A stretch of DNA of 32,000 nt from Candidatus Sulfotelmatobacter sp. (GTDB taxonomy: Bacteria > Acidobacteriota > Terriglobia > Terriglobales > Acidobacteriaceae), in NCBI GenBank assembly GCA_050015215.1, contig JBEKBW010000007.1, positions 1 through 32,000 on the forward strand, written 5' to 3'. Below are positions 7,211-14,920 of the stretch, piece by piece. The notes beneath the pieces were generated by a model. It saw only the letters and a list, made by a program, of their open reading frames with translations, was not told the origin of the DNA and made no database searches. Made by a program: the position numbers and the translations under genes. The first letter of the stretch is position 1; every line of letters starts with the position of its first letter.

Positions 7211-7698
7211 CCCTCGCGCAAGCGGCGGATATATTCATCGGCGGGTTCATCCGCCCACAGATCCTTGCCGGAGCCGTAGAGCGCAAGCAAAGGATCGTTC
7301 TTGATGCGGTCCTCATAGCTGTTTCGATCCCAGCTTCGATACCAGTCGATGAGCACACCGTATTGCGCCGGAATTTCGTCACGTTCTGGAATCGTTTTGG
7401 AGCCTTCGCGAGCGGGATCGTAACTGTCTCCGGTACGGAACAAGCGACGTCGGCCGGGCGTAGTCTCGAAAAGCATGCGATAGCGGCCGGGATTCGGCGG
7501 CCGATTGGCAACGCAGTGTTGAACGATATGGACGTAGACTCCCGCGCGAAGCGGCTGTTTGCCCGCTCCCTTAGCTGCGCGCTGGGTGATTTCCTCGATC
7601 TCGAAGTCCGCACGGGTTGGATATTCACGATGCAGGAGTGCGGCGGCGATCCAGACCTCGTCCGCTACTTTGATTTGAACTTCCGATGCTACTGCCAT
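7201..7698 (-). CDS. VapC-coupled partner protein, putative atypical antitoxin (165 aa)
   Basis: ATG at 7698 with GGAGG 6 nt upstream; translationally coupled to vapC. The C-terminal tail DPLLALYGSGKDLWADEPADEYIRRLREGWE resembles PIN-antitoxin tails. The N-terminal ~120 aa shows no RHH/AbrB/Phd pattern that I can see. Confidence 0.65.
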   Translation of the reverse strand: MAVASEVQIKVADEVWIAAALLHREYPTRADFEIEEITQRAAKGAGKQPLRAGVYVHIVQHCVANRPPNPGRYRMLFETTPGRRRLFRTGDSYDPAREGSKTIPERDEIPAQYGVLIDWYRSWDRNSYEDRIKNDPLLALYGSGKDLWADEPADEYIRRLREGWE

Positions 7699-7777
7699 TT
7701 CCCGCCTCCGATTATTAGCTCGCCCCCAGCACCCCACGATCTTCCCAAGGATCCGGTCTGGATCCCTTCAAGATTGG

Positions 7778-7812
7778 ATTATATCATTACAAGGTATTAT
7801 ATCTTAATACCT
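7778..7812 (-). promoter_or_regulatory. AT-rich promoter/operator region of the vapC operon
   Basis: On the minus strand there are two perfect TATAAT hexamers (plus-strand 7778-7783 and 7796-7801). An 8-bp inverted repeat AGGTATTA-n5-TAATACCT (7792-7812) overlaps the distal one. Confidence 0.4.
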
Positions 7813-8219
7813 ATTTTATGACTTAATTACCTTTCATGGGGAGATCCGAGGCTCCGGGTGTCTTTGGGGCAATAAGAAAACTGTGTGAAGGAAAAGGGCT
7901 AACGCGAAATTCCAAGCCCAGTGACGCGACTAGAGTGTTCTCGGTGGGAACGGGCTCATTGTGTCGCAGACCGGCTATGTAGCCGGAGATGGCACGCCTG
8001 GCCATCTCCCGAGTCCACGATACGCCCGTAAGCGACGCACCGTGGCAGAGCGGGAACCAGGGCGGTCAGCTGCGCTCCGGTTTTCGGGCCGGAGCATGAT
8101 GTTGTAACAGTGACGAGCTTTAGCTATGGGTGCGTCTTGACTCTATCCAGGCCCCCGGAGCCTGTCAAAGAAACACGCTGCTACAATAACAGATTCCACG
8201 TCTACGGAAATCATAATCT

Positions 8220-9989
8220 ATGCATCGTTGGTCCCAACTCTTCATCCCCACCCTCCGCGAGGCCCCCGCTGACGCCGAAGTTGCCAGCCACAAGTTTCTG
8301 GTGCGGTCGGGCTACATCCGCCAACTCGCAGCCGGGATCTATTCTTATCTTTTTCTAGGCAATCGCTCTTTCAAGAAAATCACGGCCATCGTCCGTCAGG
8401 AGATGGACAAGATCGGTCAGGAATTCTTTCTCCCGGCGCTCCACCCCCGCGAGCTTTGGGAAGCCAGCGGACGCTGGGCCTTGATGGGCGAGAATCTCTT
8501 CCGCCTCAAAGACCGCAAGGGTGCCGATATGTGCCTCGGCATGACCGAAGAAGAAGTCATGACCGACATTGCCCGCAAAGAGCTGCGCAGCTACAAACAA
8601 CTGCCGCAGATCTGGTACCAGATCGCGCCCAAGTTTCGCGACGAGCCCCGGCCCAGATCCGGCCTGCTGCGTGTGCGCCAGTTCATGATGAAAGACTCCT
8701 ACTCGTTCGACATTGATGCTGCAGGCCTCGATGTTTCTTACAAGAAACATTACGAAGCCTACTGTCGCATCTTCGACCGCTGCGGATTGAAATACATGGT
8801 GGTTGAGGCCGACTCGGGCGCGATGGGTGGGAAAGAATCGCACGAGTTTATGGTGCGTACGCCTGCCGGAGAGGACCAAATCGTTAGCTGCGACGCGTGC
8901 AACTACGCCGCGAACATGGAGAAGGCGGCGTCGAAACTGGATGCAGTCGAAGACTTGAAGCCCGAAGCAGATGGCAAGCCGCTGGAAGTGCACACGCCCG
9001 GACAGAAGACGATTGAAGATGTTGCGAAGTTCCTCGGTGTCTCGCCCAAGAACAAAATCAAAACTCTCGCCCTCATGTCGGATGAGAAAGACGAAAAAAC
9101 CGGCAAGACGAAGTCCCGCGCCATAGTAGTGCTCATGCGCGGCGACCATCAACTCAACGAAGCCAAGTTAAACGCCACGGCAGCCGTCGCATCGCGGCCC
9201 ATGACCGAGCCTGAGATCGATGCGTTGTTCAAATCGCCGGCAGGATATCTGGGACCGTTGGGTATCGATTGGGCGCAGGATATAAAAAAAGATGGGGACC
9301 TGCCTTTGTTGCTCGTGGATAACGCGCTCGAAGGCCGCGCCAACCTGATCGCGGGAGCGAACAAAAAGGACTATCACCTAAAGAATCTGACCCCTGGAAA
9401 AGAGTTTCAGCCGAGTGCCTACGCCGACCTGCGCGTTGTGACCGCGGGTGAAGGCTGTCCCCACTGCGGCCAGCCGCTGCGCATCGATCCTGCCGTCGAA
9501 ATCGGCCATATCTTCAAACTCGGCTATCGGTATTCCGAGTCGATGGGCGCGCGCGTGCTCGACAAAAACGGCAAGGAAGTAATGCCGATAATGGGCAGTT
9601 ACGGCATTGGTATCGAACGCATTCTCACCGCGGCAGTGGAACAAAGTAACGACGAAAATGGCTTTTGGCTGCCGCGGTCCATTGCCCCTTTCGAGGTTGT
9701 CGTCACGCCGGTCAACGTGAAGGACGAGAGCGTTCTGAAAGCCGCCATCGACATTGCATCCCGGCTCGAGGCCGCCGGTTTCGATGTTCTGCTCGACGAC
9801 CGCGACGAGCGCCCGGGAGTTAAGTTCAAAGACGCGGATTTGGTCGGTATCCCCTTTAGAGTCAATGTGGGGAAGAAGGTTACCGAAGGTACTGTAGAAG
9901 TCGTTCTACGCTCGACTCGTGAGCTGCGCGATGTTACGATTTCCGCGATAGTAGAACACTTTCAACAGTCGCTGCCAGCCAGGGGTTGA
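8220..9989 (+). CDS. proS: proline--tRNA ligase, bacterial type with INS editing domain (589 aa)
   Basis: The N-terminus aligns by eye with E. coli ProS ([33 protein letters not shown]; [40 protein letters not shown]). Class II motifs and a C-terminal anticodon-binding region are present. Confidence 0.97.
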   Translation: MHRWSQLFIPTLREAPADAEVASHKFLVRSGYIRQLAAGIYSYLFLGNRSFKKITAIVRQEMDKIGQEFFLPALHPRELWEASGRWALMGENLFRLKDRKGADMCLGMTEEEVMTDIARKELRSYKQLPQIWYQIAPKFRDEPRPRSGLLRVRQFMMKDSYSFDIDAAGLDVSYKKHYEAYCRIFDRCGLKYMVVEADSGAMGGKESHEFMVRTPAGEDQIVSCDACNYAANMEKAASKLDAVEDLKPEADGKPLEVHTPGQKTIEDVAKFLGVSPKNKIKTLALMSDEKDEKTGKTKSRAIVVLMRGDHQLNEAKLNATAAVASRPMTEPEIDALFKSPAGYLGPLGIDWAQDIKKDGDLPLLLVDNALEGRANLIAGANKKDYHLKNLTPGKEFQPSAYADLRVVTAGEGCPHCGQPLRIDPAVEIGHIFKLGYRYSESMGARVLDKNGKEVMPIMGSYGIGIERILTAAVEQSNDENGFWLPRSIAPFEVVVTPVNVKDESVLKAAIDIASRLEAAGFDVLLDDRDERPGVKFKDADLVGIPFRVNVGKKVTEGTVEVVLRSTRELRDVTISAIVEHFQQSLPARG

Positions 9990-10023
9990 AATCTGCGCCC
10001 GGCTTGCGGCGCAGTGTCAGCCT

Positions 10024-10380
10024 ATGGGAATCGTCAAAGCATGTGTTGGGTTTCTTGCCATTGCGGCGGTATTTGTTGGCCTGTTTCAAATCGTGCCTCC
10101 AGTCCTCAACAACTACAGCTTTTCGGATGATCTCAAAACCGTCGCCATGATGGACAGTTCCAGTCTGCAGAAGACGGACGAGGACGTGCGCAACGACGTG
10201 CTCAAGAAGGCCAAAGAGCGCGACCTGCCTATTGAAGGCAAACAGATCACAGTCCAGCGCATCAACAGTCCTGGTCTTTCCGCGGTTTACGTGGCGGCCG
10301 ACTATAACGTTACCGTCAATCTGCCCGGCTATTCCTTCGACATGCACTTCAATCCGAGCAGCGGCAACAAAGGGTTCTAG
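10024..10380 (+). CDS. N-terminally membrane-anchored hypothetical protein (118 aa)
   Basis: Single TM (VGFLAIAAVFVGLFQIV) followed by a soluble domain. The layout is reminiscent of DUF4845-type proteins, a weak recollection. Confidence 0.65.
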   Translation: MGIVKACVGFLAIAAVFVGLFQIVPPVLNNYSFSDDLKTVAMMDSSSLQKTDEDVRNDVLKKAKERDLPIEGKQITVQRINSPGLSAVYVAADYNVTVNLPGYSFDMHFNPSSGNKGF

Positions 10381-10526
10381 TCCACCGAATCCGCAAGCCC
10401 AGTCCTAACGTTCCCACACAGGTCGAGTTGTGCTCTCGCGATTTCCGAAAGGCCAGGCCGCGAATCGCGCTATGTACGAAGAACACCCGCGTAACACGTC
10501 CGATTGTGCCAGTGACATTCGTAACG

Positions 10527-10555
10527 TTGCCATCACGTTACCTTGCCCATAATAT
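10527..10555 (+). promoter_or_regulatory. candidate sigma-70 promoter TTGCCA-17 nt-TAATAT
   Basis: TTGCCA at 10527-10532, a 17-nt spacer, and TAATAT at 10550-10555, about 135 nt upstream of the 10691 start. Confidence 0.4.
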
Positions 10556-10636
10556 CGCCCCAAGGGTGAGAGTCTTCTCACGGCTTGAGTGGAAAACGGC
10601 ATTCCACGTTCCTATAGTTCAGCCGAAAATTCCAAG

Positions 10637-10658
10637 TCGGGATATTCCCGAGATTTTT
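10637..10658 (+). terminator. terminator/attenuator-like hairpin inside the 5' leader of the lipoprotein gene
   Basis: TCGGGA-tat-TCCCGA followed by GATTTTT. The stem is short (6 bp, 3-nt loop), so the call is weak. Confidence 0.3.
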
Positions 10659-10690
10659 AGGCGGCAAGGCAAAGGTCACGGAGGCGGTTC

Positions 10691-11941
10691 ATGAAGATGA
10701 AGATTCAAGTGGTTCTGTTGATCATGGCGGCATTGGCATTGGCGGGCTGCGATCATTACAAATGCACCTCCGGCGCACAGTTTGACGCTGAGGGTTGCAC
10801 CTCCACAGGATCGGGATTAAGTGGCGGGAGCCCGACATCTGCTGTCGCTTATCCCTTTTTCATTGATACGAATGGCACCATCGATGGCTATACGCTGACT
10901 GCCTCCACTTTTGGCAACACGACGGGCTACACCGCGCCCACAATTCCGGCCAGCGACATTGGCCTGGGTATGGCGGTCGCACAGAACCAGTTTCTGTACG
11001 CCGTGTTCCCCAGCACGCAGCAACTCTATGGCTGGTCGATCGATTCCGCTGGCAACCTGACTGCGATCACTGGCCTGCCGGTGACTCTGCCGCTGACCGT
11101 ACCCACTTTGCTCGCTTATAACGAATACGCCGTAATCACAAATCCGACTGGAACGCTGCTGTTTATCTCCAATGCCGGCGCCAACAACATTTTTGTGTTC
11201 CAAATCGGCACCGGAGGCGCGGTGACGGCAGCGCCCGGTTCGCCGTTCTCAACCCCGGGCGTCACTCCGATGAACATGGGCATGGATGGTCTGGGCAAGT
11301 ACTTGTATGTGACCAGTGAGGATGCTTCCCTCGATCACCTTTCGACCGGAATCGGCGCTTACAGCGTCTCTAGCACCGGCGTGCTCGCAGCGGTTCCGGG
11401 TAGCCCCTTCACGAGCAACGGCAGCATCAACTACAACATGTTTGAAGTGCAGGGCGAGGCTACCGGCAAATATCTCATCGGCAGCAGCGGCGAAGTCTTC
11501 TATTTAACCGGGGTCGACGACACACACCTCTACGTTTTTGGCATCGGGACCAACGGAGCCATCACACCCGTGTCAGGCTCGCCGTTCGCGACTCAGTTTG
11601 CTCCGTTTAACATCGCCGTGCAGCCTAACGACCAGAGTGGAGCATTCATCTATTCTTTCAGTTTGATCGACGCCACGCAGAATCCCGGACCGAATCCGGT
11701 GGAAGGCTATCAATTAAATCCCAGCACCGGAGCGCTGACCGCCGTGGCCGGCTCACCGTTTACCGGGAATGATCAATCCAGAGCGTCCTGGGGCGGATTC
11801 GATCCCAGTGGAGCTTACCTCTTCTTCGATAGCGAGCAAACCTTTGTTCCATATTCGGTCGGGAGCACGGGAAACATAACCCAACTCGTTCCCACTGGTA
11901 CAACAAACGCCGGATACTGGGCAATCGCCGACGCACAATAA
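10691..11941 (+). CDS. lipoprotein, lactonase-type 7-bladed beta-propeller-like (416 aa)
   Basis: Lipobox LALAGC. Repeated blades have the pattern G..LYV.....I..F.I...G.LT...GSPF (e.g. GTLLFISNAGANNIFVFQIGTGGAVTAAPGSPF; GKYLYVTSEDAS). GGAGG SD at 10681-10685. Confidence 0.8.
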   Translation: MKMKIQVVLLIMAALALAGCDHYKCTSGAQFDAEGCTSTGSGLSGGSPTSAVAYPFFIDTNGTIDGYTLTASTFGNTTGYTAPTIPASDIGLGMAVAQNQFLYAVFPSTQQLYGWSIDSAGNLTAITGLPVTLPLTVPTLLAYNEYAVITNPTGTLLFISNAGANNIFVFQIGTGGAVTAAPGSPFSTPGVTPMNMGMDGLGKYLYVTSEDASLDHLSTGIGAYSVSSTGVLAAVPGSPFTSNGSINYNMFEVQGEATGKYLIGSSGEVFYLTGVDDTHLYVFGIGTNGAITPVSGSPFATQFAPFNIAVQPNDQSGAFIYSFSLIDATQNPGPNPVEGYQLNPSTGALTAVAGSPFTGNDQSRASWGGFDPSGAYLFFDSEQTFVPYSVGSTGNITQLVPTGTTNAGYWAIADAQ

Positions 11942-11974
11942 AGCGCGCTGCCTGGAGGCTGCGATTACTCTCTG

Positions 11975-12005
11975 GAGACCCGCATGAACTGCGGGTCTCT
12001 TTTTG
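11975..12005 (+). terminator. rho-independent terminator
   Basis: GAGACCCGC (11975-11983) pairs with GCGGGTCTC (11991-11999) across a 7-nt loop, followed by TTTTTG. Confidence 0.75.
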
Positions 12006-12164
12006 TCTGGGAAGAGAGCGGTACAATGTGACCAAGCATCCTAGCGCGTGGAAGCGCGAGGTAGGCGTCCGAACCGCGAGAATAGGTGGCGATTTCAAAC
12101 CTTTTACTCTCCGCCAACGTCTGACCTGAAGGCGAGCGGGCTGACGGCGGAAAATCATACTAAA

Positions 12165-14717
12165 GTGGCCATTAAGATAAAAATTCCGAAAGGCGACGGA
12201 AAACGTGCCAAAGGCTGGCGGGGTCTGCCGCGTGATCCCATTGTCCGCGCTGCGCTGCTGGTATTTCTGGTGCTGGCCGTAGGCTTCAGTGCTTTCTTTG
12301 GCTACTTCTACGTTAAATACGACCGCATCATCGCGCAGCGCTTCCGCACGCCGGTATTTACGAACTCGGCAAAGATATACGCTATTCCAAGAGCCGTACA
12401 CGATGGCGACAAGGCGGACGCGAAGGAAATCGCCGCCGCTCTGCGCCGCGCAGGCTATTCCGAGAAGGACGGGCAGTCCTCGCTAGGCACATTTCATCTG
12501 ATCAGCGGAGGGATCGAGATCACTCCTGGTCCAGAGTCCTATCACAGCCCAGAGGAAGCGCGGATCACGATTCACGACGGCCAGGTGGAAAAGATCACCA
12601 GCAAAGGCAATGAGCTTTCCGCCTACGAACTCGAACCGCAGTTAGTGACCGCATTGTTCGACTCCGGTCAGCGCTCCAAGCGTCAGGTCGTCAAGTACAA
12701 CGAAATTCCCAAGGTGATGGTGGATGCCGTCCTCGCCATCGAAGACCGGCGCTTCTTCGAGCACAGCGGCGTGAATTTCATCCGTATGTTCGAGGCGGGC
12801 TGGATCGATCTGACCCGGCAGCGCCACGAGCAGGGCGGTTCCACGATCACCATGCAGCTTTCGCGGGGTTTTTTCCTCACTCCGGAGAAAACGGTTCGCC
12901 GCAAGCTTACGGAGATGCTGATTGCCGAAGAGATGGAACAGAAATTCAGCAAGCAACAGATTTTCGAGTTCTACGCCAACTGGGTGAACCTGGGCCAGCG
13001 CGGATCGTTCGCCATCAGCGGATTTGCTGAAGCTTCGCGATCCTATTTCAACAAAGACTTGAAGGACATCACGCTTCCCGAAGCCGCGCTGCTGGCAGGA
13101 ATTATCCAAGGGCCAAGTCGTTTGTCTCCTTACCGGCACCCAGAGCGCGCTCTTGATCGCCGCAATCTAGTACTCGACTCCATGGTCGATACCCATGCGA
13201 TCACGCGGGAGCAGGCCGAGAAGGCGAAAGCGTCTCCATTAAAACTTGCTCCCCCGAACGTAGAGGCCAGCGACGCGCCATATTTCGTCGACATGGTGCG
13301 CGACTCTCTCATCACCAAGTTCAGCGAGCACGATTTCAACGACCAGTCTTATCGCATCTACACCACGCTTGATCCGGATTTGCAAAAAGCCGCCGCGCAG
13401 GCAGTCGAATCCGGAATCAAACTGGTGGATGAGCAAGTTAAGAAGATGCGCACCAAGCGAGTGAAGGTCGGCAAGAAAGTGGAAACGGAAGTTCAACCCG
13501 GCCCTCAGGCGCAGGTCGCGCTGGTTGCGCTCGATCCGCACACCGGCGCGGTGCTCGCCTTGGTTGGCGGGCGCGATTACGCGTGGAGCCAGCTGAATCA
13601 TGCCGTATCGAAGCGTCCCACGGGATCGATTTTCAAGCCGTTCGTTTACGCGGCTGCCATGAACACCGCACTCGACGGCTCGCAAACCGTGATTACTCCG
13701 GCGTCCACCGTTACTGACGCTCCTTCCAGCTTTGCCTACGGCGATCAAATCTACGAGCCGCGCAACTACAAGGAGGAGTATCACGGCGACGTAACGCTGC
13801 GCTACGCGCTCGCAATGTCACTGAATAACGCGACGGTAAAAGTGGCCGAAGAAGTTGGTTATGACAAAGTGGCAGATCTGGCAAAATCCGCTGGCATAGT
13901 CTCCGTGAAACCCACGCCGGCAATGGCCCTAGGGTCATATGACGCTACGCCCCTCGACATGGCGGGCGCTTACACTTCATTCGCCAACAATGGCGAGCGG
14001 CTCTCTCCGTTCCTGGTGAGTTCAGTGCGCAATGCCAAAGGCGATGTGATTGCGAATTACAAAACGGATCAGCGCCAAGTGCTCGATCCGCGCATCGCCT
14101 ACATCATGACCAGCATGATGGAGAGCGTGATTAACAATGGGCTGGGCTATACGGCGGTTCGGCTGCGCGGCTTCCAACTTCCGGCGGCGGGAAAAACCGG
14201 CAGTTCCCACGATGGATGGTTCGCGGGCTATACATCCAATTTGCTCTGCATCGTGTGGGTAGGTTACGACGATTACAGCGATCTGCGCCTCAGCGGCGCG
14301 ATGACCGCTGCGCCGATTTGGACGGAGTTCATGAAGAAGGCGTCCGCACTGCCCCAGTACGAAGAAATGAAGCCTTTTTCGCAGCCCACCGGTGTGGTGG
14401 ATGTTCAACTTGATAAAGCTACGAATCGCCTGGCAACCCCAACCTGTCCGGACGACTACACCGCGGCGTTCGTCGCCGGAACCGAGCCGCGCGATACCTG
14501 CGATCAGCAGAACGGGCTTTCGGGCTTAGTTTCCCGCTTCTTCGGTGGTGGAAGTCCGAAAGTCCTGCCCCCTCCCGATCAGGCCGCCAACGGGCAAAAT
14601 GGCCAGGAGGCGCAGAAAAGGAAAGGCCTCTTCGGCAAGATTGCAGGAATTTTCAAGGACGATAAATCGTCTGCGCCTCCGCCCAAACCCGCAGACAATG
14701 AACCTTTACCGCATTGA
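12165..14717 (+). CDS. class A penicillin-binding protein (PBP1A family; GT51 transglycosylase + transpeptidase)
   Basis: GT51 motifs AIEDRRFFEHSGVNF, GGSTITMQL and RKLTEM. Transpeptidase motifs TGSIFKPFVY (SxxK), SLNN (SxN) and KTGS. The start is uncertain: GTG 12165 (VAIKIKIPKG..., short cytoplasmic tail then TM) is preferred over the maximal ORF start GTG 12048. Confidence 0.93.
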   Translation: MAIKIKIPKGDGKRAKGWRGLPRDPIVRAALLVFLVLAVGFSAFFGYFYVKYDRIIAQRFRTPVFTNSAKIYAIPRAVHDGDKADAKEIAAALRRAGYSEKDGQSSLGTFHLISGGIEITPGPESYHSPEEARITIHDGQVEKITSKGNELSAYELEPQLVTALFDSGQRSKRQVVKYNEIPKVMVDAVLAIEDRRFFEHSGVNFIRMFEAGWIDLTRQRHEQGGSTITMQLSRGFFLTPEKTVRRKLTEMLIAEEMEQKFSKQQIFEFYANWVNLGQRGSFAISGFAEASRSYFNKDLKDITLPEAALLAGIIQGPSRLSPYRHPERALDRRNLVLDSMVDTHAITREQAEKAKASPLKLAPPNVEASDAPYFVDMVRDSLITKFSEHDFNDQSYRIYTTLDPDLQKAAAQAVESGIKLVDEQVKKMRTKRVKVGKKVETEVQPGPQAQVALVALDPHTGAVLALVGGRDYAWSQLNHAVSKRPTGSIFKPFVYAAAMNTALDGSQTVITPASTVTDAPSSFAYGDQIYEPRNYKEEYHGDVTLRYALAMSLNNATVKVAEEVGYDKVADLAKSAGIVSVKPTPAMALGSYDATPLDMAGAYTSFANNGERLSPFLVSSVRNAKGDVIANYKTDQRQVLDPRIAYIMTSMMESVINNGLGYTAVRLRGFQLPAAGKTGSSHDGWFAGYTSNLLCIVWVGYDDYSDLRLSGAMTAAPIWTEFMKKASALPQYEEMKPFSQPTGVVDVQLDKATNRLATPTCPDDYTAAFVAGTEPRDTCDQQNGLSGLVSRFFGGGSPKVLPPPDQAANGQNGQEAQKRKGLFGKIAGIFKDDKSSAPPPKPADNEPLPH

Positions 14718-14920
14718 CCCAACCGGAAAGAGAGCGCCCCGAACTTTTTTCTCCTGACGCTTCTACGCGAAATCCTCATACGCAGAATCTTTCAGCTTGA
14801 CACTCTTCGGGGCTGAGGACAATATTGCATGGCTCTTTCCAGAGACGCGCCCAAGCCGGGCGCGGAGACGTGGATTCGTTCCCGCCGCGTTCTCGGCTCC
14901 GCCTTAGTAGGAGGTAAGCG

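Noticed and set aside
7823-8005. 60-aa minus-strand ORF in the proS upstream region
   Set aside because: It has no SD, its composition is not protein-like, and it overlaps the GC-rich hairpins. The region is treated as non-coding.
7836-8219. Possibility that the structured region is RNase P RNA, tmRNA or SRP RNA
   Set aside because: On both strands I could not find the hallmark strings: GGAAAGTCCGG for RNase P P4, GGAAGCAGC/GNRA helix 8 for SRP, or a tRNA-like acceptor/T-arm 3' end for tmRNA. The region is kept only as an unassigned structured region.
9993-10014. Hairpin CTGCGCC-n8-GGCGCAG immediately after proS
   Set aside because: It has no U-tract, so it is not called as an intrinsic terminator. 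It may be an RNA-stability element, but there is no further support.
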